The position numbers were made by a program, and so were the translations under genes. The notes beneath the pieces are model-generated. The model was not told the DNA's origin. It ran no database searches and saw only the letters and a list, made by a program, of their open reading frames with translations. A DNA stretch of 11,078 nucleotides from positions 1 through 11,078 of the IMG/VR virus record IMGVR_UViG_641522623_000003. One strand, given 5' to 3'. Positions 1 to 7,308 of this stretch are shown here, one piece after another. This DNA is from a virus. Its lineage: Duplodnaviria > Heunggongvirae > Uroviricota > Caudoviricetes. Positions within the stretch are counted from its first letter, which is position 1; each line of letters begins with the position of its first letter.

Positions 1-477
1 ATGAAACTCATCAGTAACGATCTGCGCGATGGCGATAAATTGCCGCATCGTCATGTCTTTAACGGCATGGGTTACGATGGCGATAATATTTCACCGCATC
101 TGGCGTGGGATGATGTTCCTGCGGGAACGAAAAGTTTTGTTGTCACCTGCTACGACCCGGATGCGCCAACCGGCTCCGGCTGGTGGCACTGGGTAGTTGT
201 TAACTTACCCGCTGATACCCGCGTATTACCGCAAGGGTTTGGCTCTGGTCTGGTAGCAATGCCAGACGGCGTTTTGCAGACGCGTACCGACTTTGGTAAA
301 ACCGGGTACGATGGCGCAGCACCGCCGAAAGGCGAAACTCATCGCTACATTTTTACCGTTCACGCGCTGGATATAGAACGTATTGATGTCGATGAAGGTG
401 CCAGCGGCGCGATGGTCGGGTTTAACGTTCATTTCCACTCTCTGGCAAGCGCCTCGATTACTGCGATGTTTAGTTAA
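1..477 (+). CDS. ybhB: PEBP/RKIP-family protein YbhB (host gene on the bio side of attB)
   Basis: 158-aa ORF starting at window position 1 and ending TAA 475..477. The translation (…DPDAPTGSGWWHWVVVNLP…HRYIFTVHALD…) is recognised as E. coli YbhB. Recognition is from memory, not a search. Confidence 0.9.
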   Translation: MKLISNDLRDGDKLPHRHVFNGMGYDGDNISPHLAWDDVPAGTKSFVVTCYDPDAPTGSGWWHWVVVNLPADTRVLPQGFGSGLVAMPDGVLQTRTDFGKTGYDGAAPPKGETHRYIFTVHALDIERIDVDEGASGAMVGFNVHFHSLASASITAMFS

Positions 478-485
478 TCACTCTG

Positions 486-508
486 CCAGATGGCGCAATG
501 CCATCTGG
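486..508 (+). terminator. Stem-loop just after ybhB stop (possible ybhB terminator)
   Basis: Perfect 9-bp inverted repeat CCAGATGGC (486..494) / GCCATCTGG (500..508) with a 5-nt loop, 8 nt after the ybhB stop. The downstream U-tract is weak (TATCACTT). Confidence 0.35.
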
Positions 509-567
509 TATCACTTAAAGGTATTAAAAACAACTTTTTGTCTTTTTACCTTCCCGTTTCGCTCAAG

Positions 568-582
568 TTAGTATAAAAAAGC
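568..582 (-). other. attR core (15-bp lambda-type overlap/core sequence)
   Basis: TTAGTATAAAAAAGC is the reverse complement of GCTTTTTTATACTAA. It is flanked on the ybhB side by CGCTCAAG (B' arm) and on the prophage side by CTGAAC... (P arm). Confidence 0.9.
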
Positions 583-728
583 TGAACCAGAAACAGAAAA
601 AATCATTAATATCAATCCCTTACAATACATTTGGCTTAAAAAATAGACTGTATAATACTGCAAAACACATCATATCCAGTCACTATGAATCAACTACTTA
701 GATAGTATTAGTGACCTGTAACAGAGCA
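583..728 (-). promoter_or_regulatory. attR P-arm (Int arm-type, IHF and Xis binding region), lambda-like but divergent
   Basis: Contains an arm-type Int site CAGTCACTAT (677..686) and TTAGTGACCTG (~709..719). The segment 677..728 matches my recollection of lambda P arm closely, whereas 583..676 differs at many positions. Confidence 0.7.
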
Positions 729-768
729 TTAGCGCAAGGTGATTTTTGTCTTCTTGCGCTAATTTTTT
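729..768 (+). terminator. tI / sib-type hairpin (lambda int retroregulation terminator)
   Basis: Perfect 10-bp stem TTAGCGCAAG (729..738) / CTTGCGCTAA (753..762) with a 14-nt loop, followed by TTTTTT (763..768). Sequence GCGCAAGGTGATTTTTGTCTTCTTGCGC is as I recall for lambda tI/sib. Confidence 0.7.
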
Positions 769-832
769 GTCGTAAAATCGGTAACGGCTGGAAATCATTC
801 AATACTCGCACTATCGAACATCCATCAGCCAG

Positions 833-865
833 CCGTGGCACGTTCTTGCATACGACGTGCCACGG
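833..865 (+). terminator. Second stem-loop in b-region remnant
   Basis: Perfect 10-bp stem CCGTGGCACG (833..842) / CGTGCCACGG (856..865) with a 13-nt loop, followed by TTTCATTTAT. Function unknown. Confidence 0.3.
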
Positions 866-1238
866 TTTCATTTATCTCCGCCCGGAAACTTCTTATACAA
901 AGTCGATACGCCAACATCATAGATGATCGCCACCTTCTGGCGAGAAACTCCTGATGCAATTAGTCGTCCAGCCTGCGCTCATTGCTCCGGCGTGAGAGTA
1001 AGACAGTAAACTGTAGAAAAATCTCATTAAACTTAATATAATAATAAGTTACAAAATTATCTTTACTGAATAATAGATATATGAACATTAGTGAACTTAA
1101 AAACTGTATACACTATGAAGTAATAGGTTATAAACGCCCTTTCTCCTGGCGAAAAGCAATTGTTCGCGCAATAAAACACAGAAGATTACGTTATTTATTT
1201 TGGTGGCGCATAGCAAAATATCTGGTAATGACTCCAAC

Positions 1239-1616
1239 TTATTGATAGTGTTTTATGTTCAGATAATGCCCGATGATTTTGTCATGCAGCTCCACCGATT
1301 TTGAGAACGACAGCGACTTCCGTCCCAGCCGTGCCAGGTGCTGCCTCAGATTCAGGTTATGCCGCTCAATGCGCTGAGTGTAACGCTTGCTGATAACGTG
1401 CAGCTTTCCCTTCAGGCGGGATTCATACAGCGGCCAGCCATCCGTCATCCATATCACCACGTCAAAGGGTGACAGCAGGCTCATAAGACGCCCCAGCGTC
1501 GCCATAGTGCGTTCACCGAATACGTGCGCAACAACCGTCTTCCGGAGCCTGTCATACGCGTAAAACAGCCAGCGCTGGCGCGATTTAGCCCCGACGTATC
1601 CCCACTGTTCGTCCAT
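1239..1616 (-). CDS. insB: IS1 insB reading frame (C-terminal catalytic part of InsAB' transposase)
   Basis: 125-aa track [25 protein letters not shown]…HYLNIKHYQ. The insB frame extends upstream to the A6C site. The nominal insB ATG (minus strand 1742..1740) is followed by TAG at codon 11 (1712..1710), where copy B has TGG. Confidence 0.85.
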   Translation of the reverse strand: MDEQWGYVGAKSRQRWLFYAYDRLRKTVVAHVFGERTMATLGRLMSLLSPFDVVIWMTDGWPLYESRLKGKLHVISKRYTQRIERHNLNLRQHLARLGRKSLSFSKSVELHDKIIGHYLNIKHYQ

Positions 1617-1660
1617 TTCCGCGCAGACGATGACGTCACTGCCCGGCTGTATGCGCGAGG

Positions 1661-1936
1661 TTACCGACTGCGGCCTGAGTTTTTTAAGTGACGTAAAATC
1701 GTGTTGAGGCTAACGCCCATAATGCGTGCAGTTGCCCGGCATCCAACGCCATTCATGGCCATATCAATGATTTTCTGGTGCGTACCGGGTTGAGAAGCGG
1801 TGTAAGTGAACTGCAGTTGCCATGTTTTACGGCAGTGAGAGCAGAGATAGCGCTGATGTCCGGCGGTGCTTTTGCCGTTACGCACCACCCCGTCAGTAGC
1901 TGAACAGGAGGGACAGCTGATAGAAACAGAAGCCAC
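1661..1936 (-). CDS. insA: IS1 InsA (transposition repressor / N-terminal part of InsAB' transposase)
   Basis: 91-aa [42 protein letters not shown]…, the canonical IS1 InsA with its zinc-finger Cys motif. Confidence 0.9.
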   Translation of the reverse strand: MASVSISCPSCSATDGVVRNGKSTAGHQRYLCSHCRKTWQLQFTYTASQPGTHQKIIDMAMNGVGCRATARIMGVSLNTILRHLKNSGRSR

Positions 1937-2024
1937 TGGAGCACCTCAAAAACACCATCATACACTAAATCAGTAAGTTGGCAGCATCACCCGTTTTTCG
2001 TTATGTATAAATAAGGAGCACACC

Positions 2025-2189
2025 ATGCAATATGCCATTGCAGGGTGGCCTGTTGCTGGCTGCCCTTCCGAATCTTTACTTGAACGAATCACCCGTAAAT
2101 TACGTGACGGATGGAAACGCCTTATCGACATACTTAATCAGCCAGGAGTCCCGAAAAATGGATCAAACAATTATGGCTATCCAGACTAA
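2025..2189 (+). CDS. cIII: Lambda cIII (FtsH/HflB protease inhibitor, stabilises CII)
   Basis: ATG 2025, stop TAA 2187..2189. Translation [54 protein letters not shown] (54 aa). Upstream TTATGTATAAATAAGGAGCACACC includes the RBS. The gene is below the ORF-track length cutoff. Confidence 0.85.
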   Translation: MQYAIAGWPVAGCPSESLLERITRKLRDGWKRLIDILNQPGVPKNGSNNYGYPD

Positions 2190-2301
2190 ATTCACTATCG
2201 CCACTTTTATTGGCGATGAAAAGATGTTTCGTGAGGCCGTCGACGCTTATAAAAAATGGATATTAATACAGAAACTGAGATCAAGCAAAAGCATTCACTA
2301 A
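2158..2301 (+). CDS. kil: Lambda Kil (host cell-division inhibitor)
   Basis: 47-aa [50 protein letters not shown]. It overlaps the cIII 3' end by 32 nt as in lambda. The longer track ORF 2032..2301 is an upstream extension of this frame. Confidence 0.8.
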   Translation: MDQTIMAIQTKFTIATFIGDEKMFREAVDAYKKWILIQKLRSSKSIH

Positions 2302-2376
2302 CCCCCTTTCCTGTTTTCCTAATCAGCCTGGCATTTCGCGGGCGATATTTTCACAGCCATTTTCAGGAGTTCAGCC

Positions 2377-2673
2377 ATGAACGCTTATTACATTCAGGAT
2401 CGTCTTGAGGCTCAGAGCTGGGCACGTCACTACCAGCAGATCGCCCGTGAAGAGAAAGAGGCAGAACTGGCAGACGACATGGAAAAAGGCCTGCCCCAGC
2501 ACCTGTTTGAATCGCTATGCATCGATCATTTGCAACGCCACGGGGCCAGCAAAAAAGCCATTACCCGTGCGTTTGATGACGATGTTGAGTTTCAGGAGCG
2601 CATGGCAGAACACATCCGGTACATGGTTGAAACCATTGCTCACCACCAGATTGATATTGATTCAGAGGTATAA
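2377..2673 (+). CDS. gam: Lambda Gam, short form (RecBCD inhibitor)
   Basis: 98-aa [63 protein letters not shown]…, recognised as lambda GamS. The upstream long-form start (ATG 2256) is out of frame here. Confidence 0.9.
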   Translation: MNAYYIQDRLEAQSWARHYQQIAREEKEAELADDMEKGLPQHLFESLCIDHLQRHGASKKAITRAFDDDVEFQERMAEHIRYMVETIAHHQIDIDSEV

Positions 2674-2678
2674 AACGG

Positions 2679-3464
2679 ATGAGTACAGCACTCGCAACGC
2701 TGGCTGGGAAGCTGGCTGAACGTGTCGGCATGGATTCTGTCGACCCACAGGAACTGATCACAACTCTTCGCCAGACGGCATTTAAATGTGATGCCAGCGA
2801 TGCGCAGTTCATCGCATTGTTGATCGTCGCCAACCAGTACGGCCTTAATCCGTGGACGAAAGAAATCTACGCCTTCCCTGATAAGCAGAACGGCATCGTT
2901 CCGGTGGTGGGCGTTGATGGCTGGTCCCGCATCATCAATGAAAACCAGCAGTTTGATGGCATGGACTTTGAGCAGGACAATGAATCCTGTACATGCCGGA
3001 TTTACCGCAAGGACCGTAATCATCCGATCTGCGTTACCGAATGGATGGATGAATGCCGCCGCGAACCATTCAAAACTCGCGAAGGCAGAGAAATCACGGG
3101 GCCGTGGCAGTCGCATCCCAAACGGATGTTACGGCATAAAGCTATGATTCAGTGTGCCCGTCTCGCCTTCGGATTTGCTGGTATCTATGACAAGGATGAA
3201 GCCGAGCGCATTGTCGAAAATACCGCATACACTGCAGAACGTCAGCCGGAACGCGACATCACTCCGGTTAACGATGAAACCATGCAGGAGATTAACACTC
3301 TGCTGATCGCCCTGGATAAAACATGGGATGACGACTTATTGCCGCTCTGTTCCCAGATATTTCGCCGCGACATTCGCGCATCGTCAGAACTGACACAGGC
3401 CGAAGCAGTGAAAGCTCTTGGATTCCTGAAACAGAAAGCCACTGAGCAGAAGGTGGCAGCATGA
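2679..3464 (+). CDS. bet: Lambda Bet (Red-beta single-strand annealing protein)
   Basis: 261-aa [38 protein letters not shown]…, full length. Start lies 6 nt after the gam stop. Confidence 0.95.
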   Translation: MSTALATLAGKLAERVGMDSVDPQELITTLRQTAFKCDASDAQFIALLIVANQYGLNPWTKEIYAFPDKQNGIVPVVGVDGWSRIINENQQFDGMDFEQDNESCTCRIYRKDRNHPICVTEWMDECRREPFKTREGREITGPWQSHPKRMLRHKAMIQCARLAFGFAGIYDKDEAERIVENTAYTAERQPERDITPVNDETMQEINTLLIALDKTWDDDLLPLCSQIFRRDIRASSELTQAEAVKALGFLKQKATEQKVAA

Positions 3465-4141
3465 CACCGGACATTATCCTGCAGCGTACCGGGATCGACG
3501 TGAGAGCTGTCGAACAGGGGGATGATGCATGGCACAAATTACGGCTCGGCGTCATCACCGCTTCAGAAGTTCACAACGTGATAGCAAAGCCCCGCTCAGG
3601 AAAGAAGTGGCCTGACATGAAAATGTCCTACTTCCACACCCTGCTGGCTGAGGTTTGCACCGGTGTGGCTCCGGAAGTTAATGCTAAGGCGCTGGCCTGG
3701 GGAAAACAGTACGAGAACGACGCCAGAACCCTGTTTGAATTCACTTCCGGCGTGAATGTTACTGAATCCCCGATCATCTATCGCGACGAAAATATGCGCA
3801 CTGCCTGCTCTCCCGATGGTTTATGCAGTGACGGCAACGGCCTTGAGCTGAAATGCCCGTTTACCTCCCGGGATTTCATGAAGTTCCGGCTCGGTGGTTT
3901 CGAGGCCATAAAGTCGGCTTACATGGCCCAGGTGCAGTACAGCATGTGGGTGACACGTAAAGATGCCTGGTACTTTGCCAACTATGACCCGCGTATGAAG
4001 CGTGAAGGACTGCATTATGTCGTGGTTGAGCGGGATGAAAAGTACATGGCGAGTTTTGACGAGATGGTGCCGGAGTTCATCGAAAAAATGGACGAGGCAC
4101 TGGCTGAAATTGGTTTTGTATTTGGGGAGCAATGGCGATGA
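3461..4141 (+). CDS. exo: Lambda Exo (Red-alpha 5'-3' dsDNA exonuclease)
   Basis: 226-aa [41 protein letters not shown]…, full length. ATGA overlap with the bet stop. Confidence 0.95.
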   Translation: MTPDIILQRTGIDVRAVEQGDDAWHKLRLGVITASEVHNVIAKPRSGKKWPDMKMSYFHTLLAEVCTGVAPEVNAKALAWGKQYENDARTLFEFTSGVNVTESPIIYRDENMRTACSPDGLCSDGNGLELKCPFTSRDFMKFRLGGFEAIKSAYMAQVQYSMWVTRKDAWYFANYDPRMKREGLHYVVVERDEKYMASFDEMVPEFIEKMDEALAEIGFVFGEQWR

Positions 4142-4320
4142 CGCATCCTCACGATAATATCCGGGTAGGCGCAATCACTTTCGTCTACTCCGTTACAAAG
4201 CGAGGCTGGGTATTTCCCGGCCTTTCTGTTATCCGAAATCCACTGAAAGCACAGCGGCTGGCTGAGGAGATAAATAATAAACGAGGGGCTGTATGCACAA
4301 AGCATCTCCTGTTGAGTTAA
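4138..4320 (+). CDS. Lambda exo-xis region protein, orf60a-like
   Basis: 60-aa [63 protein letters not shown], starting in an ATGA overlap with the exo stop. An alternative ATG at 4132 would give 62 aa. Position and length match lambda orf60a. Confidence 0.7.
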   Translation: MTHPHDNIRVGAITFVYSVTKRGWVFPGLSVIRNPLKAQRLAEEINNKRGAVCTKHLLLS

Positions 4321-4484
4321 GAACGAGTATCGAGATGGCACATAGCCTTGCTCAAATTGGAATCAGGTTTGTGCCAATACCAGTAGAAACAGACGAAGAA
4401 TTTCATACGTTAGCCACATCCCTTTCACAAAAACTGGAAATGATGGTGGCGAAAGCAGAAGCAGATGAGAGAGACCAGGTATGA
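4293..4484 (+). CDS. Lambda exo-xis region protein, orf63-like
   Basis: 63-aa [66 protein letters not shown]. It overlaps orf60a by 28 nt, the same arrangement as lambda orf60a/orf63. Confidence 0.65.
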   Translation: MHKASPVELRTSIEMAHSLAQIGIRFVPIPVETDEEFHTLATSLSQKLEMMVAKAEADERDQV

Positions 4485-4494
4485 CAACCACTGA

Positions 4495-4776
4495 ATGCAT
4501 TTTTCTGGCAGCGGGCTTCATATTCTGTGTGCTTATGCTTGCCGACATGGGGCTTGTTCAGTGACACCTCAGCAGGAAAACGCCCTTCGCAGCATTGCCC
4601 GTCAGGCTAATTCTGAAATCAAAAAAGCCAGACAGCAGTTTCCGGATAAAAACGTCGATGACATTTGCCGTAGCGTACTGAAGAAGCACCGCGAAACGGT
4701 AACGCTGATGGGATTCACACCGACTCATTTAAGCCTAGCAATCGGCATGTTAAACGGCGTTTTTAAGGAACGGTGA
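4495..4776 (+). CDS. Hypothetical protein in exo-xis region (occupies the lambda orf61 position but differs in length)
   Basis: 93-aa ORF; start uncertain, with an in-frame GTG at 4561 as an alternative. An ATG at 4465 in the same frame is followed by TGA at 4492..4494. A 27-codon hydrophobic ORF (4481..4564, MTTTECIFLAAGFIFCVLMLADMGLVQ) overlaps in another frame. Confidence 0.45.
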   Translation: MHFSGSGLHILCAYACRHGACSVTPQQENALRSIARQANSEIKKARQQFPDKNVDDICRSVLKKHRETVTLMGFTPTHLSLAIGMLNGVFKER

Positions 4777-4798
4777 ACATGAAAAGCAAAATCATCAG

Positions 4799-4820
4799 GG
4801 AGCTACAGGCTCCTTTTTTA
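4799..4820 (+). terminator. Weak stem-loop plus U-tract
   Basis: GGAGC (4799..4803) / GCTCC (4809..4813) 5-bp stem followed by TTTTTTA. Lies between the hypothetical ORF and the TraR-like ORF. Confidence 0.25.
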
Positions 4821-4874
4821 TTATTCGCATTCACCCTCAAGCGTATTAACCAACAATTCAGGGATTAATGAAAG

Positions 4875-5096
4875 ATGGCAGACATCATTGATTCAGCATC
4901 AGAAATTGAAGAATTACAGCGCAACACAGCAATAAAAATGCGCCGCCTGAACCACCAGGCTATATCTGCCACTCATTGTTGTGAGTGTGGCGATCCGATA
5001 GATGAACGAAGACGCCTGGCCGTTCAGGGTTGTCGGACTTGTGCAAGTTGCCAGGAGGATCTGGAACTTATCAGTAAACAGAGAGGTTCGAAGTGA
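4875..5096 (+). CDS. TraR/DksA-family C4 zinc-finger protein (lambda Orf73-like)
   Basis: 73-aa ORF with CxxC…(17)…CxxC (CCECGDPIDERRRLAVQGCRTCASC). Size and position between orf61 and ea22 fit the lambda TraR homologue. Confidence 0.8.
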   Translation: MADIIDSASEIEELQRNTAIKMRRLNHQAISATHCCECGDPIDERRRLAVQGCRTCASCQEDLELISKQRGSK

Positions 5097-5506
5097 GCGT
5101 AATTCACTCTCAGGCACTGCGTGAAGCGGCAGAGCAGGCAATGCATGACAACTGGGGATTTGACGCGGACCTTTTCCATGAGCTGGTAACACCATCGATT
5201 GTGCTGACACTGCTGGATGAACGGGAAAGAAACCAGCAGTACATCAAACGCCGCGACCAGGAGAACGAGGATATTGCGCTAACGGTGAGGAAACTGCGTG
5301 TTGAGCTGGAGACAGCAAAAATCAAAACTCAACGAGCAGCGTGAGTAGAAGGTGTTATCTCGGATGGAAGTAAGCGTATTGCTGAACTGGAGGCCTGGGT
5401 TGAATACACAAGAGCTGCATACGTAAGAGCAAAAGACAAGGGAGATTTGATCAGAGTTATTACCCGACAACCAACGGGATTTTACGCTTACGTACCATGT
5501 AATTAG
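5093..5506 (+). pseudogene. ea22-like gene, interrupted by in-frame TGA and shortened
   Basis: GTG start 5093 overlaps the upstream stop. 83 codons (MSVIHSQALREAAEQAMHDNWGFDADLF…) run to TGA 5342..5344. The same frame then stays open for 53 more codons (VEGVISDGSKRIAELEAWVEYTRAAYVRAKDKGDL…) to TAG 5504..5506, with no in-frame start. Confidence 0.45.
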
Positions 5507-5590
5507 GAATCCTTGAAGTGGCAGCCTAACTGCGGATACACTGAAATGGCGATTTGGTAACATGTTTCGCACAAGGGTAGTGACTCCAAC

Positions 5591-6094
5591 TTACTGATAG
5601 TGTTTTATGTTCAGATAATGCCCGATGACCTTGTCATGCAGCTCCACCGATTTTGAGAACGACAGCGACTTCCGTCCCAGCCTTGCCAGATGTTGTCTCA
5701 GATTCAGATTATGTCGCTCAATGCGCTGAGTGTAACGCTTGCTGATAACGTGCAGCTTTCCCTTCAGGCGTGATTCATACAGCGGCCAGCCATCCGTCAT
5801 CCATACCACGACCTCAAAGGCCGACAGCAGGCTCAGAAGACGCTCCAGTGTGGCCAGAGTGCGTTCACCGAAAACGTGCGCCACAACTGTCCTCCGTATC
5901 CTGTCATACGCGTAAAACAGCCAGCGCTGACGTGATTTAGCACCGACGTAGCCCCACTGTTCGTCCATTTCCGCGCAGACGATGACGTCACTGCCCGGCT
6001 GTATGCGCGAGGTTACCGACTGCGGCCTGAGTTTTTTAAATGGCGGAAAATCGTGTTGAGGCCAACGCCCATAATGCGGGCGGTTGCCCGGCAT
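5591..6094 (-). CDS. insB: IS1 InsB (full 167-aa insB frame)
   Basis: 167-aa [19 protein letters not shown]…[10 protein letters not shown]6C frameshift motif present (plus-strand GAGTTTTTTAAA, ~6029..6040). Confidence 0.9.
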   Translation of the reverse strand: MPGNRPHYGRWPQHDFPPFKKLRPQSVTSRIQPGSDVIVCAEMDEQWGYVGAKSRQRWLFYAYDRIRRTVVAHVFGERTLATLERLLSLLSAFEVVVWMTDGWPLYESRLKGKLHVISKRYTQRIERHNLNLRQHLARLGRKSLSFSKSVELHDKVIGHYLNIKHYQ

Positions 6095-6288
6095 CCAACG
6101 CCATTCATGGCCATATCAATGATTTTCTGGTGCGTACCGGGTTGAGAAGCGGTGTAAGTGAACTGCAGTTGCCATGTTTTACGGCAGTGAGAGCAGAGAT
6201 AGCGCTGATGTCCGGCAGTGCTTTTGCCGTTACGCACCACCCCGTCAGTAGCTGAACAGGAGGGACAGCTGATAGAAACAGAAGCCAC
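6013..6288 (-). CDS. insA: IS1 InsA
   Basis: 91-aa ORF, 2 aa different from copy A (…[19 protein letters not shown]). Confidence 0.9.
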   Translation of the reverse strand: MASVSISCPSCSATDGVVRNGKSTAGHQRYLCSHCRKTWQLQFTYTASQPGTHQKIIDMAMNGVGCRATARIMGVGLNTIFRHLKNSGRSR

Positions 6289-6400
6289 TGGAGCACCTCA
6301 AAAACACCATCATACACTAAATCAGTAAGTTGGCAGCATCACCCGCTTAAAGATAATCAGCCATGATTAAACGCTTTGTAAAAAGTAAAAGGAAATTACA

Positions 6401-7015
6401 ATGAAAAAATCAATACTAATTTTAGGGCTTACGTTAATTGTCTCATCTCAAATACCATCGGCAATGGCAAAAAATGAATCAAGACTTTGGGTTGTTGTTG
6501 ATCGAACGGAAAGACATACCTGCCCTTCAAGTAAATGTGGAGTGGCTGGGAAACTATTTTTCAGGGAAGGCGTAGATTTTCTAGAAAAAAAAGGTGAATG
6601 GGTTCGTATAACTGAGCCATATTCAGCCTCATGTGTGGGAGGGGAAAGCGAATATATTAAAGAAGGTAATAAATCCTGCACAAGAAAAAACGGAATCGTC
6701 AATGGCAAGTTTTCAGAATGGGTTAAACTTAGTGATCTTAGCAGTGAAAGGCCATCAGATCCTGCTGAAAATGCGAGCGGAGATGATACTTTAATCAAAG
6801 GATCTGATGACTACCGTATATACAAAAAAGAGTTTTCTTCGGCAGCTAGGAAGTTAATAAACGAAGGGGTCTGCACGGAAAGCGACTTTAAGGAAATCGG
6901 AGGGTGGATGGCATCAAGCAATAAGGGGAAAAACATCTATTTCACATATTGCGGAGGAATGACGTTGTCGAACAGAATATACCTAGACGTTAAAAGTGGA
7001 AAGACTTTTAGATAA
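6401..7015 (+). CDS. Secreted (Sec signal peptide) Cys-containing hypothetical protein, accessory cargo
   Basis: 204-aa ORF with RBS AAGGA 8 nt upstream. N-terminus MKKSILILGLTLIVSSQIPSAMA↓KNE is a typical signal peptide with AxA cleavage site and no lipobox. Mature part has 6 Cys. The gene is visibly AT-rich versus the flanking lambda genes. No family recognised by eye. Confidence 0.7.
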   Translation: MKKSILILGLTLIVSSQIPSAMAKNESRLWVVVDRTERHTCPSSKCGVAGKLFFREGVDFLEKKGEWVRITEPYSASCVGGESEYIKEGNKSCTRKNGIVNGKFSEWVKLSDLSSERPSDPAENASGDDTLIKGSDDYRIYKKEFSSAARKLINEGVCTESDFKEIGGWMASSNKGKNIYFTYCGGMTLSNRIYLDVKSGKTFR

Positions 7016-7086
7016 TATGATATTACCAATGACAGTATTAATTTAATGCCTCCATAGAATTATCTCTAGGAAGTATGTATAAGAAA

Positions 7087-7120
7087 AGCCCGCACAATGA
7101 GCTGCTGCGGGCTTTGTGTT
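7087..7120 (+). terminator. Rho-independent terminator candidate downstream of secreted-protein gene
   Basis: Stem AGCCCGCA (7087..7094) / TGCGGGCT (7106..7113) with an 11-nt loop, followed by TTGTGTT. Confidence 0.5.
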
Positions 7121-7308
7121 ATTCGCCATATTTTATGAAGCAAATACGACACTATAGATAATTAAGCGTTGCTGGTTGTCGATTCCTCACTCACTCCTGT
7201 TGATGGCTCTCTTCTTGTATGTGCCATTGAAGGGTAATATCGAGTAAAAAGATACCGGAAGTATCCGCGCCGCCATGATTGTCTTTCTCCTAATGCAGGA
7301 AAAGCAGA

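Larger units (their letters stand above)
1224..1991 (-). mobile_element. IS1 insertion sequence, copy A (768 bp)
   Basis: Terminal inverted repeats GGTAATGACTCCAACTTATTGAT (1224..) and reverse-complement GGTGATGCTGCCAACTTACTGAT (..1991). Carries insA and the insB frame with the A6C frameshift motif (plus-strand GAGTTTTTTAAG, 1677..1688). Flanking 9-mers AAAATATCT / CGTTTTTCG do not match, so there is no target-site duplication. Confidence 0.95.
5576..6343 (-). mobile_element. IS1 insertion sequence, copy B (768 bp, different isoform from copy A)
   Basis: Terminal repeats GGTAGTGACTCCAACTTACTGAT (5576..) and …CAGTAAGTTGGCAGCATCACC (..6343). Many substitutions versus copy A, e.g. InsB …YDRIRRTVV…[20 protein letters not shown]… against …YDRLRKTVV…[20 protein letters not shown]…. 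Same orientation as copy A. Flanking 9-mers TCGCACAAG / CGCTTAAAG give no target-site duplication. Confidence 0.95.

Noticed and set aside
226-571. ORFs 226..438 (-) and 383..571 (+) inside or trailing ybhB
   Set aside because: Antisense or alternate-frame overlaps with the well-supported ybhB CDS. The + strand ORF runs through the ybhB terminator hairpin and into the attR core.
711-926. 71-aa + strand ORF in the attR P-arm and b-region
   Set aside because: It spans the tI hairpin (729..768) and the second hairpin, and has no RBS. Lambda has no gene here on this strand, so it is most likely a chance frame.
1753-1965. Alternate-frame ORFs inside the IS1 copies (1753..1965, 6040..6255, 6105..6317)
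   Set aside because: They overlap insA/insB in other frames. IS1 coding capacity is fully accounted for by insA and insB/InsAB'.
2032-2157. N-terminal extension of the kil frame (track ORF 2032..2301, 89 aa)
   Set aside because: The extension overlaps cIII in another frame. The 47-aa Kil starting at ATG 2158 matches lambda, and the extension start has no RBS of its own.
1992-4141. Possibility that this is an engineered defective-lambda recombineering cassette
   Set aside because: Such constructs carry cI857, pL and usually N, and lack attR. Here there is no repressor or pL, both att sites are present, and two divergent IS1 elements and AT-rich cargo are present, so a natural decayed prophage is more consistent.
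2405-4341. Alternate-frame and antisense ORFs within gam, bet and exo (2405..2719, 2561..2833, 2640..3116, 2914..3147, 3242..3535, 3292..3558, 3821..4174, 4015..4341)
   Set aside because: All are embedded in confidently identified full-length lambda Red genes. The high-GC coding sequence generates long spurious frames.
4363-5572. Minus-strand ORFs 4363..4548, 4914..5210, 5110..5325, 5279..5572
   Set aside because: Antisense to the co-directional exo-xis region genes, and no lambda genes are encoded on this strand here.
6448-6798. 116-aa minus-strand ORF antisense to the secreted-protein gene
   Set aside because: The + strand ORF has an RBS, a signal peptide and the operon orientation; the antisense frame has none of these.
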